Source: Candidatus Schekmanbacteria bacterium
Lineage (GTDB): Bacteria; CSSED10-310; JACPHN01
Assembly: GCA_016188575.1 (NCBI GenBank)
Contig: JACPHN010000268.1
Span: forward strand, 916 to 64,915
Direction of reading: 5' to 3'
DNA length: 64,000 nucleotides
Shown: one piece after another, positions 34,747 through 44,868 of the stretch
Position numbering within the stretch: the stretch's first letter is position 1
Layout: the number at the start of each line of letters is the position of its first letter
Made by a program: the position numbers and the translations under genes
Notes under the pieces: generated by a model
Told to the model about the DNA's origin: nothing
Databases searched by the model: none
Seen by the model: only the letters and a program-made list of their open reading frames with translations

Positions 34747-35997
34747 ATGAGAATTGCCATCATCGGCGGGGGCATTGCCGGGCTGACCGCTGGCCACCTG
34801 CTTCACTCGCGCCACCAAGTCACCTTGTTCGAACGCGCCGCGCGCCTGGGCGGCAATGCGTACACGATTACCACGCACGACGGGGAGGAAGTCGATATCG
34901 CGGTCGCCGCGTTTGGCAAGGCCGGCTACCCAAACTTTTACAAGCTGCTCGACCGGCTCGGTATCGAAACGCGGTGGTGCGCGGATTCCTATATCAGCAT
35001 GCACGATCTGGGCAGCGGCACCGGTCTGTACATGACGCCGTTCAGCCTCAGGGGCCTGGTGCGCCAACGCTTCGACCTGTTCAGCCCCGCAAACTGCGCC
35101 GCCTTTCTTGAGCTGGGCCGCGCCCTGCGGGCCGGCCGCGGCATGCTCGAGCATGGACGCCTTCCCGGGCTCACCCTCCAGCAGGCACTCGATCGCATCG
35201 GCCTGGGCCGCGGCCAGGCGCGACGCCTGCTGCTGTGCGCCTTGTGTCTGATGTCTTCGATGTCCGGGGACGAGGTCATGCACGGGCCCGCCGAGTTTTT
35301 CTTCAGAAAGCTGAGGATCAACAACGACGTTCTCTCGCCGCGCTCGACGTGGTCGGTGCGCTGCGTGGCAACCAGGACGAAGAGCTACGTGGAGGCGCTG
35401 GTGCGGCCGTTTCGCGACCGCGTCGTCCTGCAGTCCGAGATCAGAGCGGTCGAGCGCGATGAAACCGGCATCGAGATCGTCCATGCCGGGGGGCACCGGC
35501 AACGATTCGACAAGGTCATCTTCGCTTGCCCTCCCGACAACGCCCTGGCGCTGATACCGCGGCCGACCGCGAGTGAATCCGAGCTGCTCGGCGCCTGGCG
35601 CTACAAGGACGGAACCGTCGTCGTCCACCGCGACTGCTCCTCGTTTCCCCGACGGGAGCTCATGCAAGCGTACACGTTCCTCTTTCGCGAACACGAGGAC
35701 CGCTTCGAAACGTCGGTGAACGGCAGTTTGTGGCACGAACCTGGGGTATCCCGGTCGTCGCCCTATGTCAGCTCGCAACATCCGAACTTCCCGATCGAGA
35801 AGCGACTGATCGAGTTTGAGACGGTGTTGCGCACGCCCATCTTCGACTTTACCTCCTATCCAACGATGGAGCGCCTGCCGGCGCTCAACGGCGTGCAGGG
35901 TTCGTACTATTGTGGTAGTTACTGGGGCCACGGGCTGCACGAGGATGCCGTCACCTCCGCGATCAGCGTGGCGCGACAACTCGGAGCAGTCTGGTAA
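34747..35997 (+). CDS. FAD/NAD(P)-binding amine-oxidase-like oxidoreductase
   Basis: 416-aa protein from MRIAIIGGGIAGLTAGHLL… (GxGxxG dinucleotide fold) through …RLGGNAYT… to C-terminal …SYYCGSYWGHGLHEDAV…. Confidence 0.75.
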   Translation: MRIAIIGGGIAGLTAGHLLHSRHQVTLFERAARLGGNAYTITTHDGEEVDIAVAAFGKAGYPNFYKLLDRLGIETRWCADSYISMHDLGSGTGLYMTPFSLRGLVRQRFDLFSPANCAAFLELGRALRAGRGMLEHGRLPGLTLQQALDRIGLGRGQARRLLLCALCLMSSMSGDEVMHGPAEFFFRKLRINNDVLSPRSTWSVRCVATRTKSYVEALVRPFRDRVVLQSEIRAVERDETGIEIVHAGGHRQRFDKVIFACPPDNALALIPRPTASESELLGAWRYKDGTVVVHRDCSSFPRRELMQAYTFLFREHEDRFETSVNGSLWHEPGVSRSSPYVSSQHPNFPIEKRLIEFETVLRTPIFDFTSYPTMERLPALNGVQGSYYCGSYWGHGLHEDAVTSAISVARQLGAVW

Positions 35998-36046
35998 CGT
36001 ACCCGCCGCGTGCCAGGTTCCAGCACTTTTTGCCGAGGAGGTCAGC

Positions 36047-36907
36047 GTGTTCAGCAGACGTCAATTGCGCCACAATCGGATCGTCGTCACCGGCGCTGCC
36101 GGAGGCATCGGGAGCGCTCTCGCTCGGCTTCTGGTCACGCGCGAGGAGGCGTCGGTGATTCTGCTCGACCGCAACGCAGCAGCGCTGGCGGCGTTGCAGG
36201 CGGAGCTCCCCGTTCCCACGAGCCCAAACGGGGGACGCGGTCACCGCGTCGCCTGTGTCGATATTACGGACGCCGCTGCCATCGACGCGTTCGCGGACAG
36301 CGTCGCCTCCGAGCCCCTCGACGGCCTCATCAACAATGCCGGAGTGGCGTATGGCGGCACGTTTGAAACCATGAGCATGCACGACTTCCGCAAGGTGATG
36401 GAAGTCAATCTGATGGGTGCCGTCCACCTCACCAACCGCCTCCTGCCACAGCTTATCGACCGCCGGGGGTTCATCGCCAACATCGCCTCCGGCGCCGGGC
36501 TCGTGGCGCCCGCCGGCCTCGCGGCGTATGCGACGTCGAAGTTCGCCCTCGTCGGCTTCTCGGAGGCTTTGCGCGCCGAGCTCCGCGGCCGCGTGAGCGT
36601 CACGGCAATCTGTCCGGCGTTCATCGCCACCGACATCGGCAAGCGCGCCATGGCGCCCTCGACCCTTACTGGTGAAGCAGAGCTCCACTTCCGGGAAACC
36701 GTCGAGTCGCTCCTGCACCGGTCCGGCAAGGACCCGAGCGACGCCGCCGAGACAATTTTGGCCGCCATCCGGCGCGAGCGCGGCACCGTGCCGATGTGCG
36801 CGCTGACGCATGTGATTTTCAATGCCAAGAAGCTCGCCCCGGCACTCGTCGATCTCGCCAATCACCTGCAGTTCCGCCACCTGGTCGGCCTTGGCGTGAT
36901 GCGGTAG
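36047..36907 (+). CDS. Short-chain dehydrogenase/reductase (SDR)
   Basis: GTG start with GAGGAGG 6 nt upstream. …IVVTGAAGGIGSALA… (TGxxxGxG), …NNAG…, catalytic …YATSKFALVGFSEAL… (YxxxK). Confidence 0.8.
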   Translation: MFSRRQLRHNRIVVTGAAGGIGSALARLLVTREEASVILLDRNAAALAALQAELPVPTSPNGGRGHRVACVDITDAAAIDAFADSVASEPLDGLINNAGVAYGGTFETMSMHDFRKVMEVNLMGAVHLTNRLLPQLIDRRGFIANIASGAGLVAPAGLAAYATSKFALVGFSEALRAELRGRVSVTAICPAFIATDIGKRAMAPSTLTGEAELHFRETVESLLHRSGKDPSDAAETILAAIRRERGTVPMCALTHVIFNAKKLAPALVDLANHLQFRHLVGLGVMR

Positions 36908-36931
36908 ACGATGGCGCCGGGAGGGTTGACA

Positions 36932-38050
36932 ATGATCGATGAAGCTGAGCACGGGGCCCGCATCGTCCTTTTCGGCGCGACCGGATATACCGGGAGGCTC
37001 ACCGCCGAGGCTATGGTGGCGCGGGGGCTGCGGCCCTTGCTCCTCGGCCGCTCGCGGCAAAAGGTCGAGGCACTCGCGCGTGAGCTCGGCGGCTTGGGCC
37101 ATGGGGTTGCCGACGTGGAACGTCCCGCGGAGCTCGCTGGTCATCTTCGCTCGGGAGACGTGCTGGTGACGACGGTCGGGCCGTTTTCGCGTCACGGTCA
37201 GGTCGCTCTGGCCGCGGCGGTTGCCGCGGGCGCCCACTACGTCGACTCCACTGGGGAGATCGGGTTCGCGCGCACGGTGGTGGAGACCTACGACGCTCCG
37301 GCGCGCGATCGCGGCATCGCCCTACTGACCACGAGCGGCTACGACTTCGTGCCAGGTCATTGCGCGGCTGCGGAGGCCGTGCGGCGGTCGCAGGGGCGCG
37401 CCCGGCGGGTGGACGTCGGCTACTTCGGCGTTGGCGACGGACCGCTCGGGCTGAGCGAGGGAACGCGCGCTTCGATGGCCGAAGTGTCGCTCGCGCCCGG
37501 CGTCTTTTGGGAGGGCGGCCGGCTCACCGAGCATCGCGCCGGTCACAAGGTCCGCCGCTTCGACGTCGCTGGCCGTTCGCGACCGGCAGTCGCGATTTCG
37601 AGCAGCGAAGCGCTCTTTCTCCCGCGACTATTCCCCGACCTCCGTGACCTCACGGTGTACCTCGGCTGGTTTGGGGAGCTGTCGTACCTGATGCCGGCCG
37701 CTTCCCTGGTCACGGCCGCGGTGCAGCGCCTGCCGCTAGTGCACCAGGTGGTCGGCACCGCGCTGCGGTGGACGCTGTCCAGCAGTGGCCGCGGCCCTGG
37801 ACCGGACCGGCGCGAGCGAATCGGGTCGTACATTGTCGCCGAGACCTACGACGGGCGCGGCGACAAGGTGGCCGAGGCGGCACTGTCGGGGGTCAACGGC
37901 TATACCTTTACGGCAAACATCCTGGCGTTGCTCGCGGAGCGCGCGGCAGCCGGGCGTATCTTCGGCACCGGAGCGATCAGCCCGATTACGGCGCTCGGCC
38001 TCGATGGCCTCATCGAAGCGTGTGCCGACGCCGGCCTCACGCTCGCCTGA
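36932..38050 (+). CDS. Saccharopine-dehydrogenase-like NAD(P)-binding protein (trans-acting enoyl-reductase-like family)
   Basis: …RIVLFGATGYTGRL… Rossmann start, …VLVTTVGPF…. Start taken at MIDEAEH (36932); ORF begins at 36911. Confidence 0.6.
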   Translation: MIDEAEHGARIVLFGATGYTGRLTAEAMVARGLRPLLLGRSRQKVEALARELGGLGHGVADVERPAELAGHLRSGDVLVTTVGPFSRHGQVALAAAVAAGAHYVDSTGEIGFARTVVETYDAPARDRGIALLTTSGYDFVPGHCAAAEAVRRSQGRARRVDVGYFGVGDGPLGLSEGTRASMAEVSLAPGVFWEGGRLTEHRAGHKVRRFDVAGRSRPAVAISSSEALFLPRLFPDLRDLTVYLGWFGELSYLMPAASLVTAAVQRLPLVHQVVGTALRWTLSSSGRGPGPDRRERIGSYIVAETYDGRGDKVAEAALSGVNGYTFTANILALLAERAAAGRIFGTGAISPITALGLDGLIEACADAGLTLA

Positions 38051-38108
38051 GCCCGGCAAGAGGCTATCAGGCAAGAAGCGCTACATGCTGCCGGCGGCGA
38101 AGGACCGG

Positions 38109-38939
38109 TCACCGCGGCGGGCCATCCGCCTCCGACATCGACAGGATCATCTCGCACCGGGGCGCATAAATAAGCTCGACCGCGTGGCCCAGGCGGAGCG
38201 CGCGGAGCTGTCGCGCCTTGCCGTGCTCGCCCAGGCGCAGCGCGACCCCGCGCGGGAGCCAGGACGTGGCCGAGTCGATCAGGTTTACCTTCAGCTCGGC
38301 GCGCAGGGTGCGCCCGCCCTTGACAGGGTAGCTGGCGAGCTCCATGACGCGAAGCGGCGCGACGTCGCGGGCGCGCGCTGAATGGTGGGCGCGCGCCGGT
38401 AACGACGGGACCGCGAGCGTAAAGAGCTCCGGGCCGCCGCGCTCGTCACCATACACGGTGACGATGAGCTGCCCGCCGCGCTCCTGAAACGCCATGCGCG
38501 CCATGTATTTGGGGACATTCAGGTAATCGATACCGCCCGCCATGGCGACTTCCGAATCTACCGGCAACTGAAAAACGTAGGCCTCATACCGCTCGCTCAG
38601 CACGGAGCGCACGAGGTGCAGCGCGCCGTGAGCCCATGCGTCGCGAGTGTACGAGATGCCGGCCGACAGCGAGACCTCACAGTATGCCCCGAGCTGGGAG
38701 GCGCGGTATTGAAAGCAGTGAATGGCGACGAGCGCGGTTCCCGGCAGCGGCCGCAGCGGGCGATGACGCGGCGTCGGCATCAGCGCCTGCACCGCCGCCG
38801 CGTCCGCGGTAAAAACAACCGCCGTCATGGAGGCATCGTAGTAAAAGAGCGGCGAATAGCCGCGCCACTGCCGAATCGGGATCTCCCGCTGCTCCACGCC
38901 GCGGAAAAACTCGCTTGTTGTGCGCTGCTCCCCGCTCAC
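38109..38939 (-). CDS. Acetoacetate-decarboxylase (ADC) family protein
   Basis: 276-aa protein. Length, a Lys at …PVKGGRTLRAELKVNL… and the overall ADC-like beta-cone pattern. Last gene of the minus-strand ACAD / thiolase / ligase / ADC operon. Confidence 0.55.
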   Translation of the reverse strand: MSGEQRTTSEFFRGVEQREIPIRQWRGYSPLFYYDASMTAVVFTADAAAVQALMPTPRHRPLRPLPGTALVAIHCFQYRASQLGAYCEVSLSAGISYTRDAWAHGALHLVRSVLSERYEAYVFQLPVDSEVAMAGGIDYLNVPKYMARMAFQERGGQLIVTVYGDERGGPELFTLAVPSLPARAHHSARARDVAPLRVMELASYPVKGGRTLRAELKVNLIDSATSWLPRGVALRLGEHGKARQLRALRLGHAVELIYAPRCEMILSMSEADGPPR

Positions 38940-40684
38940 CGTTGCAGGTCCACGGTGCGCGGCGTCACCCCGCGCGCCTTGAGCTCCTCCTTCATGACCC
39001 GGTGGGTGGCGGTCTTCGGCAACGCGTCGACAACCTCGACGTAGCGTGGCAGAGCATATTTTGGCAGGCGGGGTGCGAGAAAGGCGGCGAGCGCCTGGGG
39101 GTCGACGGTGCGCCCCTCGACCGGCACCACACAGACCATGATCTCCTCTTCCGCCAGCTCGCTGGGGACGCCGAACGCGGCGCTCTCGAGCACGTCGGGG
39201 TGGGCATCGACTTCCTTTTCGACCTCGTATGCCGAAACGTTTTCACCGCGGCGGCGCATCGAGTCGGTCCGGCGGCCGACGAAATAGAGAAAGCCGCCGG
39301 CGTCGCGCCGCATGACGTCGCCCGTGCGAAGCCACCCGTCACGCGTCTTGTCTGCGCTCGCCGCCTCGTTCTTGTAGTACGTTACCGGGGCGTCGGCGCT
39401 GCGTGCCGCGTGGAACATCAGCTCGCCGGCCTCGCCCACAGCGGCGTCCGCGCCGCTCGCGGTGACCAGGCGGTAGCGCGCGCCGAACGAGGGCCGGCCA
39501 ATGGAACCTACGGGGGCATTGCCCGCGTTGAAGACCACGAATCCGCCACCATCGACCGCGCCGTACGCTTCCCAGATGCGCACGCCAAAGCGCTCCTCGA
39601 ACGGCCGCCAGGCGTCCGCGGGGCAGGCCGAGCTGATGACCTTCCTGACGCGATGCTCGCGCTCGAAAACGCTCGGGGGCGTCTTCAACAGGATCGGAAT
39701 CATGGCACCCAGAGCGTTGAAGGTCGTCGCTCCGCTTTCGCTCACCTCGCGCCAGAAGCGGGAAGCCCGGAACCGCCGCGCGAGCGCGACCGGAATCCCC
39801 CGCCAGAGCGCTTGCACGACCGTGACCAGCAAGGCGTTGGCGTGAAAAAGCGGCAAACAGGTGTAGATCTTGTCGTCGGGATCGTAGAACACGTGGCTGG
39901 CGAAACCGAGCTTCTTGACTCCGGCACTTCCGGAGCGATAGACCACCGCCTTCGGCAGACCCGTCGTGCCCGAAGTGTACATCAGCAGCGAAGGCGCATG
40001 CGCGTCGGGCCGCGTCCCGAGGTCCGCGTCGCAGCGCTCGCGCCGCTCGAGCTCGGCGTACGGAAGCAAGCGCAGCCGAGCGGAGGGAGGCATCGCCGCC
40101 AGGGATTCGCGATCGCCGCCGCCATCGTCATCCACCACGAACACCGTGAGCGGCCGCGCGAGCCGGTCCGCTATCGCCCGCAGCTTGTCGAGCGCCGGAC
40201 CATCAGCGCCGACAATCGCTACTTCCGAGTGGTTCACGATGTAGGCCAGGCCGTCACCTACGAGGTGCGTGTTGATCGGTACGCAGTAGGCCCCCACTTT
40301 CTGCGAAGCGAAGAAGAGCTCCAGGAAGCTCGGGCGATTATCCATCATGATGGCCACGCCGGCACCGGCCGCGGCGCCGTGCGCCTGCAGGCCGCGCGCG
40401 ACCTGGTTGGCGCGCCGATTCAGCAGGTCAAAGCTCAGGCAATCGCCAGCGAAATCGATAAACGGGTTTCCGCCGAAGCGGCGCGCAGCCCATTCCAGCA
40501 GCTCCGCAAAGGTCCAGTCGCGTGCGAAAGCGAGCGTCCCGCGCCGGCGCGCGGCTGCGAGCGTTGCCCCCAGCTCACCCGCTTGCCACTCCAACCCCAG
40601 ACTGAACGCCGCCGCACCCAAGACGCGGCGCGCCAGCGCCAGATCTCCGAGTCTGTGGGTCAGCGCTGCCGGCAGTCGCGCCAT
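38936..40684 (-). CDS. Long-chain/medium-chain acyl-CoA synthetase (FadD-like AMP-binding enzyme)
   Basis: …LLMYTSGTTGLPKAVVYRS… (AMP-binding motif I), …EAYGAVDGGG…, …GWLRTGDVMRRDAGGFLYFVGRRTDSMRRRGENVS…. Start placed at MARLPAALTH; the ORF begins 34 codons earlier with GTG. Coordinates ±1. Confidence 0.75.
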   Translation of the reverse strand: MARLPAALTHRLGDLALARRVLGAAAFSLGLEWQAGELGATLAAARRRGTLAFARDWTFAELLEWAARRFGGNPFIDFAGDCLSFDLLNRRANQVARGLQAHGAAAGAGVAIMMDNRPSFLELFFASQKVGAYCVPINTHLVGDGLAYIVNHSEVAIVGADGPALDKLRAIADRLARPLTVFVVDDDGGGDRESLAAMPPSARLRLLPYAELERRERCDADLGTRPDAHAPSLLMYTSGTTGLPKAVVYRSGSAGVKKLGFASHVFYDPDDKIYTCLPLFHANALLVTVVQALWRGIPVALARRFRASRFWREVSESGATTFNALGAMIPILLKTPPSVFEREHRVRKVISSACPADAWRPFEERFGVRIWEAYGAVDGGGFVVFNAGNAPVGSIGRPSFGARYRLVTASGADAAVGEAGELMFHAARSADAPVTYYKNEAASADKTRDGWLRTGDVMRRDAGGFLYFVGRRTDSMRRRGENVSAYEVEKEVDAHPDVLESAAFGVPSELAEEEIMVCVVPVEGRTVDPQALAAFLAPRLPKYALPRYVEVVDALPKTATHRVMKEELKARGVTPRTVDLQR

Positions 40685-40861
40685 CTCGCTCTCCTTGGGA
40701 CCCGTAACGAAATAACCGTTGCATTCGGCCGGCTGCGAAGGCCGCCGGCTTCGTCTCTCCTCCTCACCGTATTGCTCCATTGACACGCTTCGTCGTCGTT
40801 CCTCGAAAGCGGCCTTCTCGCTCGGCCTCGGTGCTTGACACAGTGATTTCGCTACGGGTCC

Positions 40862-42293
40862 TCACATCCGGTCAATGATGTGAATGGCCATCGCCGCCTC
40901 CTCCACGCCCAGTGCCCCGCCGCCATTCACCGCCATGCCGATAGTGGCGCCCTCCACTTGTCGCGCACCGGCTTCACCCCGGAGCTGGCACACGAGCTCG
41001 TGGACCTGCGCGAGACCCGAAGCCGCGATGGGATGGCCCCGGCACTCCAGACCCCCGCTCGGGTTCACCGGCCGAGCGCCACCGATGCGCGTGGCTCCGG
41101 ACGCCGCATAAGCCCCCCCTTCACCTTCGCGGCAAAACCCGAGTGTCTCGCATTGGTGGAGCTCGCCAAAGGCTGTCGCGTCGTGCACCTCGGCCACGTC
41201 GATCGCCTCGGGGCCGACGCCGGCCCGCTCATACGCCGCCGCCGCCAGCCGCGCGCTGATGTCCGGCTCCCCATCACCGCGCGCCTTGCCCGATCCAAGC
41301 ACGCTCGCGCGAATCCGCACCGGCCGGGAACCCGAACGCCGCCGCCGCCAGACATTCCGGCTGCAGACCACGACCGCCGCCGCACCGTCGCCGATCGGCG
41401 CGCACATGGCTCGCGTCAACGGAAAACTGACCGGCCGATCCGCCAGGACCTCCTGCACCGTCAGCGGAAACCGATACTGCGCCAACGGGTTGTGAACGCT
41501 GTGCTCATGGTTCTTGGCCGCGACCGCGGCGAGCTGCTCGATGGTCGTTCCGTAGCGCTTCATGTGGCGGCGCGCGTTGAGCGAGTACACATCCATGAAG
41601 GGGCTCTGATCGCCAGCGCCGCGGCTCGCGAACGCCTTCCGCATCGACCACAGGCGCTCCCAGCCGAAGGTGTGGCCGATCGTGACGAGGTCCTGCGCGA
41701 GCTGCAGCGCGTCGTTTGCGGCGCGCGTCGCGGTGCGCAGCGCGAGCACGTCGCGCCAGGATTGGGCCGGCGGGGACACCGGGCGCCGATTTCCCGGATG
41801 TGCGACTGTCCAGTCCGCGGGAAACGCCGCCGGTATCCCGAGCTCCCGCTCCGCTTCGAGGTAGCGCGCGAGCGAGGCCGGAAGGTCGGCGACGTCGAGC
41901 CCGCCCAGGAAACCGGCAAACATGAAAAGCCGATTCGGTGAGTAGATCTTCTCCGCGCCCACCGCCAGGGCGACTTCGTACTGGCCCGCGGCGACTCCCA
42001 TCCACGCCCCATGCAGGGCGGTGGAACCACCTGCGCACGCGTTCTCCACGTTGACGATGGGGATCGTGTCGATGCCGGCGGCGCGCAACGCGACCTGGCC
42101 GCGAATGCAGAGCTGCCCGTCGCTGCGCCCCCAGTTGCTGTTCGCGAACCACGCGGCCTGCACGTCCTCACGCGCCAACCCGGCGTCGCGAAGGGCGTTG
42201 TCGACGACCTCCGCCGTCATGTCCTTGATCGTGCGCTGCGGATACTTCGCAAACCGCAGCATCTGGCTGCCCGCGATCAGTGCTTCCCTCACG
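40862..42293 (-). CDS. Thiolase-family protein (SCP-x / lipid-transfer-protein-type thiolase)
   Basis: …IVNVENACAGGSTAL… (active-site Cys) and C-terminal …CRGHPIAASGLAQVHELVCQLRGEAG…. Start chosen at GTG 42293 (VREALIAGS…) with GGAGG 9 nt upstream; ATG at 42262 is the alternative. The upstream 130 codons of the ORF are noise. Confidence 0.7.
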
Positions 42294-43740
42294 GCTCCCG
42301 CGCCTCCATCGCAAACAGCCCCCTGAAGACGTGCAGTCGGTTCACTTCGTTGGTTCCCTCGTAGATTTGCGTCAGCTTGGCATCCCGCAGGCATTTTTCG
42401 ACGCCCCAGGCCGGCTCGCAGGCATCCTCGCCGAGGATTCGCATCGCGGCACGGCAGATGTCCATGGCCAGGTCGCTGCACGTTTGCTTCGCCAGAGAAG
42501 CGAGGCCGAGCACAAAATCCAGCTCCCTTTCCGGCACGGCGTGGGCGAGCCACGCGCGCATGGCGCCGGTGACGAGGCGCGACGATAACGCTCCGCGCAG
42601 CGGCGAGGCACGGAGCAGCGGGCGGGGCACGGCCGCCATGGCGTCCTGGAGTCGCGGGCTCAAAGCTTTCATGAAGCCGCACGATTCCACGGCCATGGCG
42701 GCGTCAAAATAGAGCTGCCTGCCGCTCTGGAGCTTGCCGATCATGTCGGCGAGCGCGAGCTGCACCCACTGGGCCTCGAACCGCCACCGGCCGTTTTCCC
42801 TCTTCTCCGCCAGGTAGGCGAGAGCTCGTTCGATCGCGCCCCGGGCGATGCCCATCGCGATCGCGCCGACCGGGCCGCGCGTCATGGACAAGGCGTGTTT
42901 GACGAGCGGGATCGGGCTGCCCTTGCCGCCCAGGCAGTCCGAGAAGGGGACGAAGAGATCGTCGAACACGAGCTCGGCAGCAGGACAGAGGCGTTGTCCG
43001 AGCTTGTGCTCGATGCGCCCTACCGAGAATCCGGCGGCATTGGTGGGCACCACGAACTGGATCGTGCTTTCCACGGGGCGGGACGGATCGGTAATGGCCG
43101 AGGCCCAGGCGTAGCGGGCGATGCTGCCATTGGAGATGAACACCTTGCGGCCGGTAACGCGATAGCCGCCCGGGACCTCGCGGGCGACCGTGCGCAGCCG
43201 CGCGGAATGGATATGCACCTCATCCTCGATGTCGCTACCGGCCTCCGGTTCCGTGTAGGCGAGCGCGAAGATGACGGGGGTGCCGGCGCGTTCACCGTCT
43301 GCGATTTCGGCAAGGTGGCGATAGAACCAGTCCAGCTCGAGACTGTAGATCAGTGGCACGATGCCGAGGTTGTGAGCGCCAAAGATGTTGGCGATGCCGG
43401 CGTCGGCCGCGCATAGCTCCTCCATCATGAAGGCCACGGCGGGGAGCCGCTGGCCCAGGCCGCCAAAGGCGCGCGGGATCACCGCACTGAGAAAGCGGTA
43501 GGGGAGCGCGCCGCGGATCGCTTCCCAGGCGACGAAGGTGTGGTCGTCGCCGGCGCGGCGATCCCAGTCGGCCGCGTACGGGCGCACGTGCTCGTCGCTG
43601 AAGCGTCGCGCCGCGGCTTGTAGCCGCGCGCACTGATCGATGAGCTCCGGATCCCCTTTCGCGAGGCCGGCGGCACGCGGAAAGGCGCGCGGGAGCTCGT
43701 GCAGGATCGGGCTATAGACGTGCGGTGCGGAAGTCCCCAC
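42289..43740 (-). CDS. Acyl-CoA dehydrogenase with an ~80-aa N-terminal extension
   Basis: …FALAYTEPEAGSDIEDEVHIHSARL… (ACAD middle-domain motif), C-terminal …QIYEGTNEVNRLHVFRGL…. GTG start at 43740 has a textbook SD (GGAGG-N5-GTG); the in-frame ATG 43788 lacks one. Confidence 0.75.
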   Translation of the reverse strand: MGTSAPHVYSPILHELPRAFPRAAGLAKGDPELIDQCARLQAAARRFSDEHVRPYAADWDRRAGDDHTFVAWEAIRGALPYRFLSAVIPRAFGGLGQRLPAVAFMMEELCAADAGIANIFGAHNLGIVPLIYSLELDWFYRHLAEIADGERAGTPVIFALAYTEPEAGSDIEDEVHIHSARLRTVAREVPGGYRVTGRKVFISNGSIARYAWASAITDPSRPVESTIQFVVPTNAAGFSVGRIEHKLGQRLCPAAELVFDDLFVPFSDCLGGKGSPIPLVKHALSMTRGPVGAIAMGIARGAIERALAYLAEKRENGRWRFEAQWVQLALADMIGKLQSGRQLYFDAAMAVESCGFMKALSPRLQDAMAAVPRPLLRASPLRGALSSRLVTGAMRAWLAHAVPERELDFVLGLASLAKQTCSDLAMDICRAAMRILGEDACEPAWGVEKCLRDAKLTQIYEGTNEVNRLHVFRGLFAMEAREP

Positions 43741-43947
43741 GAGAGCCTCCTGGTGATGCGGGCGAGCGGGCGGCGTGACGCAGAGCATCGTAGCAGCCCG
43801 CCGCGCCGCGGTCAACCGCCGCCATGAAGTGTGCGGCGCCACGGGGCGGCCCGGGTCTTGCTTACTTCGCTCGGGTCCCAGTTTGCACCGTGGGCGGTAT
43901 AAAGGAGTAGATACTGGGAATTCAGGAGCACGCGGGAGGATCGCACC

Positions 43948-44868
43948 ATGGATTCGTCCTGTGGACCCCTCGTTTTCGGTGAAGCGCTGTATGACAGCTT
44001 CCCTGACGGCAGCGCGGTGTTGGGCGGCGCGCCATTCAACGTCGCCTGGCACTTGCAGGGGTTCGGGCTGGCACCCTTGTTCATCACCCGCGTCGGCCGT
44101 GATGAGCTGGGCGAGCGAATGATCGCGGCGATGCGCGCCTGGGGAATGGACACGCGCGGTGTACAGACGGACCCGCGCCACCCCACGGGCAGCGTTGCGG
44201 TCAGCTTCCGAGGCCACGAGCCGAGCTTCTCGATCGTGCCCGAGCAAGCCTACGATTTCATCGACGGCGAGCTCGCGGCGGCGCTCATGCAGGACGGTAG
44301 CCCCGGGCTGCTCTACCATGGCAGTCTCATTGCCCGACATTCTGCCTCGCGTGACGCCCTGGCGAGGCTGCGCTCAGCAGGGCTCTCTGTTTTCCTCGAC
44401 GTCAATCTTCGCGCTCCGTGGTGGCAACGACCCTGGCTCGACGACGCCTTGCGAAGCGCTCGCTGGGGGAAAGTCAACGAGCACGAGCTGCGGGTGCTGG
44501 CCGCGCCTGACGCGACCGGCGACGATGGCGACGACGGCGACGACGACGTGTCGGCCCGCGGCCAGCGCCTGCGCCGAGAATACGGCCTGGAGCTGCTGGT
44601 GGTAACGCGCGGCGCCGCAGGCGCGCTGCTCCTGACCGCTGCCGGCGCGACCGCTGCGGCGCCCCACGACACCGCCGCGATCGTCGACACCGTAGGGGCC
44701 GGCGATGCCTTCAGCGCGGTGACGATACTCGGACTCTTGCGTGGCTGGTCGTTGCCACAGATGGCGGTGCGGGCCGTGGAGCTCGCCGGGGCGGTATGCC
44801 GCATGCGCGGCGCCACGGGTCACGACCGCGCGCTCTATCAGAAACACTTACTGAGGTGGGCAACATGA
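43948..44868 (+). CDS. PfkB-family carbohydrate kinase, probable fructokinase
   Basis: …LVFGEALYD…GGAPFNVAWHL… N-terminus and C-terminal …DTVGAGDAFSAVTILGLL… (PfkB signature 2). Contains a GDDGDDGDDD acidic insert. The stop overlaps the sps ATG (ATGA). Confidence 0.7.
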   Translation: MDSSCGPLVFGEALYDSFPDGSAVLGGAPFNVAWHLQGFGLAPLFITRVGRDELGERMIAAMRAWGMDTRGVQTDPRHPTGSVAVSFRGHEPSFSIVPEQAYDFIDGELAAALMQDGSPGLLYHGSLIARHSASRDALARLRSAGLSVFLDVNLRAPWWQRPWLDDALRSARWGKVNEHELRVLAAPDATGDDGDDGDDDVSARGQRLRREYGLELLVVTRGAAGALLLTAAGATAAAPHDTAAIVDTVGAGDAFSAVTILGLLRGWSLPQMAVRAVELAGAVCRMRGATGHDRALYQKHLLRWAT

